DNA of 64,000 nucleotides from the NCBI GenBank assembly GCA_030059675.1, contig JANVYQ010000004.1:32001-96000 (forward strand), in the 5' to 3' direction. Under the pieces are notes generated by a model. It saw only the letters and a list, made by a program, of their open reading frames with translations, did not search any database and was not told the origin of the DNA. Positions 9,526 to 20,207 of this stretch are shown in pieces. The position numbers and the translations under genes are program-made. This DNA comes from Candidatus Pelearchaeum maunauluense (GTDB lineage Archaea > Thermoproteota > Nitrososphaeria_A > Caldarchaeales > Caldarchaeaceae). Within the stretch, counting starts at the first letter, position 1. Each line of letters opens with the position of its first letter.

Positions 9526-10506
9526 CTACGTAACGAAGTCTGGCCTATCCTTAAGCTCCGCGGGGATGGGTGTTAAGAGTCTCCCATCAGTTACCGACTC
9601 CACCAACGAAGCCTCATCAAACCAGCTACGCGGCGCTACATGCCCCCAGAAGGTCTGACGCCTCTTATCGTTGATAGACCAGCGTATAGGCTTCCAGTCG
9701 GGGTCTGGTATCATGTAGTCGCTTGTGTATATCTCCATCCTGTTTCCATCGGGGTCGCGGACATATACGAAGAAGGCGTTTGACAACCCATGTCTTCCAG
9801 GGCCGCGTTCTATGTTGTCTGTCATCCCAGCTCCCGCTAGTATGTCGCAGGCTCTTATCACCCCAACCATGTCTTGAACCCAGACGGCGAAGTGATGAAG
9901 CCGTGGGCCTGTCCCAGTCATGAGGGCTATGTCGTGGACATTCTGCTTACGGTGCATCCAGACCGCCCAGAGCTTGCCGTCATCAGTCTCTGTGTATTCG
10001 GAAACCCAGAAACCAAGCTCACCTACGTAGTAGTCATAGCCCCTCTGCACGTCTGGAGTCTGGCAGTTGACGTGGTCTAGCCGCATGGGGCTAACACCCC
10101 TATGTAGATGAAACTGCTGGAGTAGCCGTTCTGCCTCGTCCATCTCGTGATAGAACTCTACTGGGAAGCCTAGGGGATCTTGAACCCTTATCGCCTCTCC
10201 CTGTCCCTTCTCGCTCCCCCCGGGTAGCTTCACTACTGGTAGCTTCTTTGCCTTGAAGAATTCTGTAAGCCTGTCCAAGTCTTCTGGGTCGCTCACCCTA
10301 TAAGCGAAATGAGCAACCCCAGGGCTTTCAGCCTGCTTCAGTATTATGCTGTGGTGTTGTCTCTCCTCAAGGCCGCGAAGATATATCCTACCACCATCGC
10401 GTTCAGTCTCCACAAGTCCAAGAAGACCGACGTAAAACTCCCACGCCCTATCCAGGTCGGTTACCCTAATCTCAACATGACTTACCCGCGTTATACTGAA
10501 GGCCAT
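9526..10506 (-). CDS. hpaD: Homoprotocatechuate (3,4-dihydroxyphenylacetate) 2,3-dioxygenase, type I extradiol
   Basis: YLRGLEERQHHS, RLDHVN, HRKQNVHDIA, LHHFA, IERGPGRHGLSNAFFVYVRDPDGNRMEIYTSDY. Confidence 0.93.
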   Translation of the reverse strand: MAFSITRVSHVEIRVTDLDRAWEFYVGLLGLVETERDGGRIYLRGLEERQHHSIILKQAESPGVAHFAYRVSDPEDLDRLTEFFKAKKLPVVKLPGGSEKGQGEAIRVQDPLGFPVEFYHEMDEAERLLQQFHLHRGVSPMRLDHVNCQTPDVQRGYDYYVGELGFWVSEYTETDDGKLWAVWMHRKQNVHDIALMTGTGPRLHHFAVWVQDMVGVIRACDILAGAGMTDNIERGPGRHGLSNAFFVYVRDPDGNRMEIYTSDYMIPDPDWKPIRWSINDKRRQTFWGHVAPRSWFDEASLVESVTDGRLLTPIPAELKDRPDFVT

Positions 10507-10593
10507 GACCCTTACATGCTCGGCATTTCTTATGATAATTAAGGATTTTGCTATGTTTATAGAGATGGTAGATCAATTATATAGATAAAACTT

Positions 10594-11124
10594 TCACCAC
10601 TCATGCAAAAGCGAGTAATAATCCGTAGCTAAGGCGAAGGGGTCGGTTACTGTCGTGTAGCTCCTGTTGTAATATACGAGGGGTTGAGTTCTTCTTGTTA
10701 AGCGTGCCTCTATCACCTCGCCTAGTATTATGCTGTGGTCACCTCCTTCATAGACGCGCCAACGCTTGCATTCAAGCCATGCGACGGCTCCCAGTATGAG
10801 GGGCGAGCCTGTGCTGCCTAGGCGGTATGGTATGTTCTCAAACTTGTCCTTCACGCCAGCCACGCGGCCAGCGAAGCGCTCCGAAACCCATGCTTGGTCT
10901 GATGACAACACACTAACAGCGAAATACTCTGCGTTAACAAGCGGCTCATGTGAGGAGCTTGCCTTGGCTATAGCAATCATAGCTAGAGGAGGGTTGATGG
11001 AGATGGAAGTGAAAGAGCTGACCGTAATTCCTACAAGCCTATCGCCATGACGGGCTGTAACAACGGTAACCCCCTGCGCATAGTGGCGCATAACCTCCTT
11101 AAATCCTTCCTGCACAGCCGACAT
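10594..11124 (-). CDS. hpaC: Flavin reductase (HpaC-like)
   Basis: FKEVMRHYAQGVTVVT, GITVSSFTSISINPP, GGDHSIILGEV, PLVYYNRSY; same strand, upstream of hpaD-hpaB. Confidence 0.88.
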   Translation of the reverse strand: MSAVQEGFKEVMRHYAQGVTVVTARHGDRLVGITVSSFTSISINPPLAMIAIAKASSSHEPLVNAEYFAVSVLSSDQAWVSERFAGRVAGVKDKFENIPYRLGSTGSPLILGAVAWLECKRWRVYEGGDHSIILGEVIEARLTRRTQPLVYYNRSYTTVTDPFALATDYYSLLHEW

Positions 11125-11246
11125 ACGGGATGACCGTCGTTTCTTAGATGATTAATTTATGTTATGCCGACGCGCGTTAAGCTTTTATAGAAAAGTAAAA
11201 ATCAGGCGGTAAGCCCTAACTAGGTTCGGGGGTGCATTTATAAGAG

Positions 11247-12737
11247 ATGGTAGAAGCCAGGGCTGTCCAGACATATCTTAACTATGTGAATGGTGAGTGG
11301 GTTAGGTCTTCTTCTGAAGAGAAGCTGGAGAGTATAAACCCAGCTACTGGCGAGCTTGTGGCTGTTGCTCAACAGTCAACCGCTGAGGATGTTGACGCCG
11401 CCGTAGATGCGGCGCGGGATGCTTTCTTCTCAGGAGTGTGGAGCGAGAAGAAGCCCCAAGAGAGGGCACGTGTCCTCTTCAAGATAGCTGAACTCCTCCG
11501 CTCAAACGCCGATACACTGGCAACATTACTTACACGCGAGAACGGTAAGCCGATAAAAAACGCGCGAGGAGAGATACTATACGCCGCTAACGTCTTTGAA
11601 TATTATGGCGCTTTAGCCCGCGTGGTTCTGGGTAACATACCACGCTATGGCTCAAGTGATGTTAGTCTAGTCGTGAAAGAGCCTGTAGGTGTGTGTGGCC
11701 TCATAGTACCATGGAACTCGCCGATACAGCTCGCCTCATGGAAGCTTGCCCCCGCACTGGCCGCGGGATGCACAATAGTCCTAAAACCATCAGAATACAC
11801 CCCAGCAATATCACTGGAGGTCGTGAAGCTCATAAGCACTATAGAGGAACTACCCCGCGGCGTTCTAAACGTAGTAACAGGCCCAGGAGACCCAACTGGA
11901 ACCGCGCTGGTCAAAAACACGAAAGTTGACAAAATCTCGTTCACGGGCTCCACCGAGACTGGGCGTAGGATAATGGAGATGGCGGCGGTCAATCTTAAGA
12001 AGATAAACTTGGAGTGTGGTGGGAAGTCGGCCAACATAGTGTTTGACGATGCAAACTTGGAGCAGGCACTACGCGGTACTCTGTGGGGAATCTTCAGGAG
12101 CGCTGGCCAGTCATGTAACGCTGGTTCTAGGCTACTTGTTCAAGAGACGATATACGAAGAGTTCGTTAGGAAGTTTGTGGAGCTTGCCAAGGGGATTAAG
12201 GTCGGCAACGGCTTAGACCCAAGCACGGAGATGGGGCCTATAATATCGGAGCGCCAGCTCAATAGGGTACTGTCATACATCAAGTCAGGCGTTGATGAGG
12301 GTGCGCGTCTCCTCTATGGGGGTAAGCGGCTAACCGAAGGCGAGCTGGCTAGAGGCTTCTTCATCCAACCAACAATCTTTGACAACGTCTCGCGAGATAT
12401 GCGCATCTTCCAAGAAGAGATCTTCGGGCCTGTGGTCTGTGTTATCCCATTTAAGAATGAGCGCGACGCGATTGAGATAGCTAACGACACGAAATACGGG
12501 CTTGCTGGAAATATCTGGTCACGCAACCTATTCCGTATTATGCGCGTGGCGCGTGGTGTGCGAACTGGAACGATCTGGGTTAACCGTCATCTCAACCCTG
12601 GGCCTGAGCCGCCCTTTGGAGGGTATAAGCAGAGCGGGATAGGACGCGAGCAGGGTATTGAGGGACTTATGGAGTATCTAGAGACCAAGCACATATGTCT
12701 AGAGATTAGCGAGGCATTCGGGGGTCCTGAACGATAA
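11247..12737 (+). CDS. NAD-dependent aldehyde dehydrogenase (candidate HpaE-role semialdehyde dehydrogenase)
   Basis: PWNSP, FTGSTETG, LECGGKS, AGQSCNAGSR and EEIFGPV; divergent from hpaC. Confidence 0.92.
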   Translation: MVEARAVQTYLNYVNGEWVRSSSEEKLESINPATGELVAVAQQSTAEDVDAAVDAARDAFFSGVWSEKKPQERARVLFKIAELLRSNADTLATLLTRENGKPIKNARGEILYAANVFEYYGALARVVLGNIPRYGSSDVSLVVKEPVGVCGLIVPWNSPIQLASWKLAPALAAGCTIVLKPSEYTPAISLEVVKLISTIEELPRGVLNVVTGPGDPTGTALVKNTKVDKISFTGSTETGRRIMEMAAVNLKKINLECGGKSANIVFDDANLEQALRGTLWGIFRSAGQSCNAGSRLLVQETIYEEFVRKFVELAKGIKVGNGLDPSTEMGPIISERQLNRVLSYIKSGVDEGARLLYGGKRLTEGELARGFFIQPTIFDNVSRDMRIFQEEIFGPVVCVIPFKNERDAIEIANDTKYGLAGNIWSRNLFRIMRVARGVRTGTIWVNRHLNPGPEPPFGGYKQSGIGREQGIEGLMEYLETKHICLEISEAFGGPER

Positions 12738-12740
12738 GAC

Positions 12741-14129
12741 CTAAACGCCTACGCAGAGAATAGCCACATCCCCAACATTAGTTCCTGTTCTCCCAGTAAG
12801 TATAAGTCCTCCAACTTTTTTGAAGAAGTTATACGAGTCGTTGCGTTCTAGATAATCGTCGGCACTTAGCCCTACTCTGAGAGCCTGCTTTAGGGTTTCT
12901 GGGCTGCATATGGCTCCAGCCGCGTCTGTTGGGCCGTCTATTCCATCAGTTCCTAGTGATGCCAGGACAGCCTTACGCGTCTTGGCTAGCTTCTCCACAG
13001 CAGAGAGAACCAGCTCTTGATTTCTTCCGCCAACCCCATCGCCGCGCACTGATACGGTAGTCTCACCGCCGACGACAAACGCGCAAGGCCTCCTGAGAGG
13101 GACATCATAACACTCAACGCTCCGCGCAATAGAAGACAACACACGGCCAACCTCGCGCGCCTCCCCCTCGAGATGCGAAGACATTATCATAGACCTATAG
13201 CCGGAGCACCGCATAAAGCTAGCCGCAGCCTTGCAAGCATCAAAATTACCACCCACCACAATGTTCGTTATGCGTTTAAAGACGTTGTCCGATGGTTTGG
13301 GGGTTTCAGGAATCTCCCCCGACGTGCCTCGCCTGAGCCTGGCGAGTACGCTTGATGGTGTCTTATCTATAATTCCGCGCCTCTCCAATATCTGTAATGC
13401 ATCAGAATAGGTTGTTGCGTCTGGTGCTGTTGGACCTGAGCCTATAGTAGCTATATCGTCGCCTACCACGTCTGATAGTATAAGCGAGACCACGCGCGAC
13501 CTATTGAGCGCCTTTGCCAACTGTCCTCCCTTTATTGCGGAAATATGCTTACGTACCGTGTTCAGCTCATGTATTGTCGCGCCAGACTTCAGGAGGAGAT
13601 TCGTAACCTCTATCTTATCTTCAAGGGAGATTCCCTCGGCTGGGAGAGGAATGAGAGCCGAAGCTCCGCCTGATAGTAGGAATATCGTTAATGTATTCTC
13701 TCTACAGCTTTCTGCGAGTTCAATAATTTGTTGCGCTGCTCTTACTCCATTTGTATCTGGTATTGGATGACCTGCTTCTAGAATCTTGACACAATCTAGC
13801 GCTTTCGTGTTAGAGCCGTAGGGAACTACTATGGCGCCGCGCTTAATCCTACGGCCAAGAAGCTTCAGCATTGCTTTGGCCATGCCAAGCGCGGCTTTAC
13901 CAGCCCCAATCAAAACAACCTCATCAAACTTGTCAAGATTTAGACGCTTATCCCCAACCCTAAACATGCTCCCCCTCACGGTAATTTTATCACGAAGCAG
14001 CCTATCAGGCTGTACAGCGGCTATGGCTTTATCAAGAGCGTGTAGAACCGTTTTAACTTCACGTCTAACCCGCGTGGGTGCATTATCAACAAGGCTATCC
14101 GCATTACTAATATGCTCAAAGCCTCTCAT
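12741..14129 (-). CDS. Glycerate 2-kinase (DUF4147/MOFRL)
   Basis: GAGKAA, GHPIPD, LSGGASAL, RKHISAIKGG, SDVVGD, GGETTV, GGRNQE, TDGIDG, TGTNVGD. Confidence 0.93.
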   Translation of the reverse strand: MRGFEHISNADSLVDNAPTRVRREVKTVLHALDKAIAAVQPDRLLRDKITVRGSMFRVGDKRLNLDKFDEVVLIGAGKAALGMAKAMLKLLGRRIKRGAIVVPYGSNTKALDCVKILEAGHPIPDTNGVRAAQQIIELAESCRENTLTIFLLSGGASALIPLPAEGISLEDKIEVTNLLLKSGATIHELNTVRKHISAIKGGQLAKALNRSRVVSLILSDVVGDDIATIGSGPTAPDATTYSDALQILERRGIIDKTPSSVLARLRRGTSGEIPETPKPSDNVFKRITNIVVGGNFDACKAAASFMRCSGYRSMIMSSHLEGEAREVGRVLSSIARSVECYDVPLRRPCAFVVGGETTVSVRGDGVGGRNQELVLSAVEKLAKTRKAVLASLGTDGIDGPTDAAGAICSPETLKQALRVGLSADDYLERNDSYNFFKKVGGLILTGRTGTNVGDVAILCVGV

Positions 14130-14324
14130 AGGCTCGGAGTAAATGCTGATTTCTCATGATAAAAATAATCAAAACAAAAAATCAAGACTTAAATGGTGGA
14201 TTTTTAACTGGTAAGATGGGCAGCAGCAATTAACGCTCTCAACTAATCTACTCATTCAGAAAAATTGGGGATTATCTATCCACTCAACAAACCTAAGCCA
14301 AATAAAGTCGGGAGGGCTGAATAG

Positions 14325-16026
14325 ATGGTTGCATTAAAATCACCAGAATACACAAAACGGCTCACAGTTCTGGATGCTTTAGGAGCCCTAGTGGGATTAG
14401 CTGGAGGGTTAGGGGCGATAATCTTCCGACAAATGGTATCACTAAACAATAAAATATTCTTTGACACACTACTGCCCTTAATTTCGTTTGAGATTGCGGG
14501 CTATAATGCTGGTATGATATTCCTCCCCGCTTTAGGCGGTCTTATCGTCGGCTCAATTGTGATGAAATACGCTCCCGAAACAAAGGGGCATGGAGCACCA
14601 GAAGTTATGGAAGCCGTTGCACTAAGAGGAGGAAGGATAAGAAAGCGTGTAGCATTTATGAAGATAATTGTCTCTTCAATAACCATAGGCTCTGGCAGCA
14701 GCGCAGGTAGGCGCTTCGGTAGGCTCGCTGCTCGCGCAGGTATTTAAGCTAAGCCCCAACGACACGCGCTTACTAGTAGTATGTGGGCTCTCAGCGGGAA
14801 TAGCTGGGAAATTCAACGCTCCGCTGGGTGGCGCCATCTTCGGGATGGAGGTACTCCTGCGCGGTATAAGCATCTTCAACACCACCGCAGTAATCCTCGC
14901 TTCAGTCATAGGAGCTGCAACAGCGGCCTCAGTCCTAGGTCAGAGACCAGCATTCAATGCTCCAATAATAACAACCTGGAACCCACAGGAGTTGCTACTC
15001 TGCATACTATTGGGAATAATATTCGGGCTCCTTGTTGTAGCGTGGGTTAAAGTGTTCTATACTTTTGAGGAAGTTTTCGCCAGATTACGCGTTCCTGATA
15101 CGTATAAGCCTGCATTAGGCGGCCTAGCTACTGGCGTGCTGCTAATGCTCTTCCCGCAGTTCGGCATAGGTGGTGTAGGCTATGAAGGGATTAACATGGT
15201 GCTGGCAGGAGAACTAACACTAATGCTAGTCCTAATCCTTGGTATGCTGAAGATTCTAGCCACATCGTTCACTATAGGCTCTGGAGGAAGCGGAGGAATA
15301 TTCGCCCCAAACCTATACATAGGCTCCATGTTTGGAACAGCTATGGGAATACTATTCCAATCAGCATTCCCCAATCTGGTGAGCCACCCATTCACATACA
15401 CGCTTGCTGGAATGGGGGCGCTACTCGCTGGAACGGCACAAGCACCTCTTAACGTTATAGTAATGATACCAGAGATGTCAGGCGACTATGCATTAATACC
15501 TCCGCTAATGGCTTCCTCCGTCTCAAGCTTCTTCGTAGCCTGGATATTCCTCAAAGGCTAATCAATCTACACGATAAAACTGGAAAGAAGAGGCGTAAAG
15601 CTCAGAATGGGAAGACCATACGCACTAGACGTAATAACAGTAGAAGAAGTAATGACACGCAACGTAATAACCGTGCCATCAGACATGCCTATAGCAGCCC
15701 TTGAAATCATGTTTGAAGAATACGGCCATATGGGGTACCCAATAGTGGAGAAAGACAGACTCGTGGGTATAGTAACTTTAAGCGACGTACAGAAAGTACC
15801 AAGCGAGAAACGCGGTGAGACAAGGGTAATAGAGATAGCTAGCAAAAACCTCATAGTGGCGTATCCAGACGAAACCATGCGCGAAGCCCTAGATAAAATG
15901 TACAAACACAACGTGGGAAGACTCCCAGTAGTGGAGAGAAACAACCCCCAACGCATAGTTGGCATAATCTCGAAGAAGGATATTCTAAGAGCTTTCGAGA
16001 TTGCTACGGGTAGAATTATAGAGTAA
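14325..16026 (+). pseudogene. ClC chloride channel with CBS pair, disrupted
   Basis: GHGAPEV and GSGSSAGR, after which the EGP motif is deleted with a frameshift near 14710; FNAPLGG and GSGGIFAP follow; an in-frame TAA at 15559-15561 separates the CBS domains (15607-16026). Confidence 0.85.
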
Positions 16027-16042
16027 TTAGGGGGATGTTGTA

Positions 16043-16116
16043 AGCCCTGGGAGGGCTTTGAACCCTCGACCTGCCGCTTACAAGGCGGCCGCTCTACCCA
16101 ACTGAGCTACCAGGGC
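16043..16116 (-). tRNA. tRNA-Thr(TGT)
   Basis: GCCCTGG acceptor, anticodon arm GCCGC-CTTGTAA-GCGGC, T-arm GAGGG-TTCAAAG-CCCTC. Confidence 0.95.
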
Positions 16117-16157
16117 TCTGTTATTGCGGTCTGTCGTGGTTGTTTTTAGACGTTTCT

Positions 16158-17702
16158 TTACTGTGGCTCTATCGTGGATGGCGGCTTGCTGGATATAGCA
16201 TATGCAACCCATGTTACGCCATCCACTTCGTTGGTTATTCTTCTCGCTATTCTATCGAGAAGGCTATGTGGGAGTCTTGCCCAGTCTGCTGTCATCGCAT
16301 CGTCAGAGACTACTGCCCTTACTATTACTATATGGCCGTAGCTCCTCTCGTCTCCCTTAACCCCTGTAGCCATATCATCACCTACTATGGCGAATGCCTG
16401 CCATATCTTGTCAAGAAGCCCCTCGCGCTCCAGCTCTTCCTCAACTATACTGCTCGCCTCCCTGCATATGCGGAGCTTCTCCTCCGTTACCTCGCCTATT
16501 ATCCTCACAGCCAGGCCAGGGCCTGGAAATGGGTGCCGTTTGGCTATCTTATCTGGCACGCCTAGTATAGATGCCAACCGTCTCACCTCGTCTTTGTAAA
16601 GCTCGCGCAGAGGCTCTATAAGCCTGAACCTTAGGTTGGGAGGCAAGCCCCCAACATTGTGATGCGACTTTATCCTTGATGCAGAAGCCCGCGAGACGCC
16701 GCTCTCAATAACATCAGGATATAACGTGCCTTGGGCTAGGTAATCAAATGGTCCGTACTGTTTATTTATCTCCTCAAAGACAGCTGCAAACTCCCTGCCT
16801 ATTATCTTTCTCTTTTCCTCAGGGTCTTTAACTCCTTTAAGCTTTGATAAGAATCTCTCCGAGGCATCTACGTATTTCAGGTTTGGGAGCTTTAGTTGGT
16901 CGCGGTATATCTTAAGAACCTGCTCTGCCTCGCCTTTTCTGAGAAGTCCATGATTGACAAATACGCATGTGAGTCTATCACCGATTGCTTTCTTCACCAG
17001 CACCGCCGTTACTGTTGAATCAACCCCACCACTCAACGCGCATAGAACACGGCCTTCTCCAACCTCTCTGGAAATATTAGAAACCACCTTCTCGGCATAG
17101 TCCTCTATCCTCCAGCTTTTTCCGCATCCACATATATGGAATATGAAGTTCTCTAAGATTTCTTTGCCGTACTGCGTGTGCGATACCTCTGGATGGAATT
17201 GAACACCAAATATTCTGGACTTCTCGTCCTGTACAGCAGCAAACTGCGAGTATTCTGTCTTGGCTATCTGCTTAAACGAGGGGGGTAATGCTGATATTTT
17301 GTCAGAATGGCTCATCCAGACCTCGAAGCTGGTTGGAAGATTTTGAAATAGTGGTGAGTCATCAACTATTTGGATTAGAGTTCTGCCATACTCGCGGTGT
17401 GTGGCCTTCTCAACTCTGCCGCCGAGCTGGTGAGCTATCAGCTGGAGGCCATAGCAGATGCCCAGTATAGGCTTTTCTCCAAGCTTTCGCAAGTCTATGT
17501 GCGGGCTACCATCTCCATAAACACTTGCAGGTCCTCCTGAGAGTATGAATCCCCTAACCTCGTGTATCTCGGTGCTCACATCAACGTCGCTGTATGGGAC
17601 TACTACAGCCTTCACCCCAAGCTCGCGTATCCGTCTGCTAATTAGATGCGCGTACTGCCCGCCAAAATCAATAACTGCTATCTTATCCTCTCTAGCATTC
17701 AT
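16158..17702 (-). CDS. guaA: GMP synthase (fused glutaminase and ATPPase)
   Basis: DFGGQY, GICYG, QFHPEV, ALSGGVDS, IKSHHN, HPFPGPGLAVR, KPPSTIE. Confidence 0.97.
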   Translation of the reverse strand: MNAREDKIAVIDFGGQYAHLISRRIRELGVKAVVVPYSDVDVSTEIHEVRGFILSGGPASVYGDGSPHIDLRKLGEKPILGICYGLQLIAHQLGGRVEKATHREYGRTLIQIVDDSPLFQNLPTSFEVWMSHSDKISALPPSFKQIAKTEYSQFAAVQDEKSRIFGVQFHPEVSHTQYGKEILENFIFHICGCGKSWRIEDYAEKVVSNISREVGEGRVLCALSGGVDSTVTAVLVKKAIGDRLTCVFVNHGLLRKGEAEQVLKIYRDQLKLPNLKYVDASERFLSKLKGVKDPEEKRKIIGREFAAVFEEINKQYGPFDYLAQGTLYPDVIESGVSRASASRIKSHHNVGGLPPNLRFRLIEPLRELYKDEVRRLASILGVPDKIAKRHPFPGPGLAVRIIGEVTEEKLRICREASSIVEEELEREGLLDKIWQAFAIVGDDMATGVKGDERSYGHIVIVRAVVSDDAMTADWARLPHSLLDRIARRITNEVDGVTWVAYAISSKPPSTIEPQ

Positions 17703-17719
17703 GGCTTTCCTACATGCTC

Positions 17720-18358
17720 CTAAAGATACTTCAAAGCCTCGCCTAGCTCCACAACGCAGCGACCATCGTCGTATACTTCCGATATTATTATTAGCGGATG
17801 GTAGCGCGATGGAGGAAGTGTTTCTGGAAGAGGATGGCCAGCGAATCTAAAATCAAGTATCGTGAAGCAAGCCTCCACCTCACAGCCACTCTTACGCAAT
17901 AGATTCACAGCATTATCGATGGTGTTGGAGGTTCTCCTAATGTCGTCCACCAGAAGTATTCTGCTAAATTTCGAGACTATTGGCCTGTCTATAAAAAGCT
18001 GAACCGCGCGGTCTTCGGTTATCGATTTACTTTCGGTGCATATGGTCTCTAAAAATATTATTTTCTCAACTTTATGTATGGAGAAGTAGGGTATTCCCAT
18101 TTTAAGCGAGACCGCTACCCCATACTTGGCGCCTGACGTTTCTATAGAAGCCACAGCATCTGGCTTATAACCATGTATGCGGCATTCGTTTGCTATTATC
18201 TCGGAGAGCGCGTTAAGAAGTTGCGGTGCGTTGAAGAGGTTGAGCCATTCTATCCTGAGAATCTTATGATTACCGCGTTGTATTATCTTAACACCATTAC
18301 CCTGTCTGAGGTTCTCGATTGCCTCAGCAAGCGGCGCTGTTGCTGTAATCCTCTCCAT
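17720..18358 (-). CDS. Type I phosphoribosyltransferase family protein
   Basis: ASIETSG...IPY and ILLVDDIRRTSNT (degenerate PRPP loop); directly upstream of guaA. Confidence 0.8.
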   Translation of the reverse strand: MERITATAPLAEAIENLRQGNGVKIIQRGNHKILRIEWLNLFNAPQLLNALSEIIANECRIHGYKPDAVASIETSGAKYGVAVSLKMGIPYFSIHKVEKIIFLETICTESKSITEDRAVQLFIDRPIVSKFSRILLVDDIRRTSNTIDNAVNLLRKSGCEVEACFTILDFRFAGHPLPETLPPSRYHPLIIISEVYDDGRCVVELGEALKYL

Positions 18359-18456
18359 ATTGGCAGTCTTTCAACATGTTTATTTAAATGTTATAGCGAC
18401 CCAGCTATGGCGCTCAACATTTTTAGCTTCTATACCCGTACATAAAAGCGCTGGGC

Positions 18457-19191
18457 ATGGCTTGGCCTTCGGTAGCCGTCGTCATACCAACATACAACGA
18501 GGCTGGAAATATAGAGAATATAATCCGCTCCATTCTTGAGGTTTTTGACTCCAACAAGATAAATGGATACGTAGTCATAGTTGATGATGGAAGCCCTGAT
18601 GGGACAGCAGAGATAGCTAAGAGGCTTGCAGAACACGATGTTAGGATTCACGTTATAAATCGTGGGCGGAAGATGGGTCTCGGTTCTGCCTACCGTGAAG
18701 GCTTTACCTTTGTCATCAAAAACCTTAATGTTGATGCAATAGGGGTTATGGATGCGGACGGCTCTCACGAACCCAGTCTAATACCATCGTTGCTAAGCGA
18801 GATAAAGACGGGGAAAGATGTTGCTATAGCATCTAGATACATCAAAGGCGGGAGATGGTCAGTTGGTCTTTATAGAAAAATAGTAAGTAGGGGTGCTAAT
18901 ATCATAGCACGTATAGCTACAGGAATTAACGCGCGGGATCTCACTTCAGGTTATCGTGTCTATCGTGTATCCACTCTATCTATGACGCGTATGGATGATG
19001 TGGAGCAGGGTTATGTTTTCCAAGTTCAGATGCTCTATAAACTTAAGCAAGTGGGTGCGTCGTTTGCCGAAGTTCCGCTGATTTTCAGGGAGAGGAGGGC
19101 AGGTCGGTCCAAGCTGAGTTTAGGCGAGTATTGGAGGTTTCTCAAATGGTGTTTGAAAATTTTAGCCAGACGGCTGGTGGGGAAGGACTAA
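18457..19191 (+). CDS. GT2 polyprenol-phosphate mannosyltransferase (DPM1-like)
   Basis: IPTYNEAGNI, VDDGSPDGT, MDADGSH, ASRY, DLTSGYR, FRERRAGRSK. Confidence 0.92.
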   Translation: MAWPSVAVVIPTYNEAGNIENIIRSILEVFDSNKINGYVVIVDDGSPDGTAEIAKRLAEHDVRIHVINRGRKMGLGSAYREGFTFVIKNLNVDAIGVMDADGSHEPSLIPSLLSEIKTGKDVAIASRYIKGGRWSVGLYRKIVSRGANIIARIATGINARDLTSGYRVYRVSTLSMTRMDDVEQGYVFQVQMLYKLKQVGASFAEVPLIFRERRAGRSKLSLGEYWRFLKWCLKILARRLVGKD

Positions 19192-19217
19192 ATCATAAGA
19201 CACTGCACTAAATATGG

Positions 19218-20207
19218 ATGTCCATAGGTGGAGGTTCATCCACGCTCAGCGATGTGGGCGAGGATTGGGTGTTAGCATACATCCAGCGTAGGCTAGGCGC
19301 TCCACATTCTCCTTTGCTGGGCAGGGGTGATGATGCCACAGCATTTAGGTATAGCGGCGTACTGGTGCTCTCAACGGACATGCTTGTGGAGGATACTGAC
19401 GTTCCCCCAGGGATGTCATGGGAGCAGGTGGGGCGTAAAGCTGTTGTGGCTGTTGTGAGCGACCTGGCCGCCAAGGGCGCAGAACCACTCTACATCCTCA
19501 CAAGCCTAGGCCTCAAGCCCAGTATGTTGATTCAGGAGTTTGAAGAACTTTGGCGCGGTCTGGAGACTGGTTGCAGGGAGTATGGGATAAGCATAGTGGG
19601 TGGAGACACGAATCAATGCGACAGCGTAGTAATATCCGTGGCTGGTGTGGGGAGAGCCGATAATGGTCTCATACCGCGCTCAGGGGCTAGGCCAGGAGAT
19701 ATACTCGCCACTACTGGCATGTTTGGAGAGACGGCGGCAGGACTTCATGCTCTCCTCAACAACATACGTGAGAATTATGGGCTTATTGAAAGCGTGCTGA
19801 ACCCGCGGGCGCGTCTCAAAGAGGGCCGCGAGCTGGCAAGGTCTGGTGTTGTCTCGTCGTGCATAGACTCCAGCGACGGTCTGGCAAGGTCTCTCATACA
19901 ACTCGCCAACGCCAGCAGGGTTGGTTTTGAGATAGATAACATCCCAGTAAGTGAGGCTGTTGAGAGGTACGCCGCCGATAACAGGCTAGACCCCCTAAGC
20001 CTAGCGCTATACGGGGGAGAGGAGTATGAGCTGGTCTTCACAGTTAAGCAAGACGGTATTGATATGCTCAGCAGACGTTTAGCCGCTATGGGGTCTCGCC
20101 TAATAATACTGGGCCGTGTAATAGAGGATGCTGGTGTAATCAGGGCATACTATAGGGGAAAGTGGCATGATGTAATAGAAGGAGGTTGGGAACACTTCAA
20201 ACGTTAA
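19218..20207 (+). CDS. thiL: Thiamine-monophosphate kinase
   Basis: GDDAT, SDLAAKGAEP, GGDT, RSGARPGD, IDSSDGL, GGEEYELVF, GWEHF. Confidence 0.95.
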   Translation: MSIGGGSSTLSDVGEDWVLAYIQRRLGAPHSPLLGRGDDATAFRYSGVLVLSTDMLVEDTDVPPGMSWEQVGRKAVVAVVSDLAAKGAEPLYILTSLGLKPSMLIQEFEELWRGLETGCREYGISIVGGDTNQCDSVVISVAGVGRADNGLIPRSGARPGDILATTGMFGETAAGLHALLNNIRENYGLIESVLNPRARLKEGRELARSGVVSSCIDSSDGLARSLIQLANASRVGFEIDNIPVSEAVERYAADNRLDPLSLALYGGEEYELVFTVKQDGIDMLSRRLAAMGSRLIILGRVIEDAGVIRAYYRGKWHDVIEGGWEHFKR

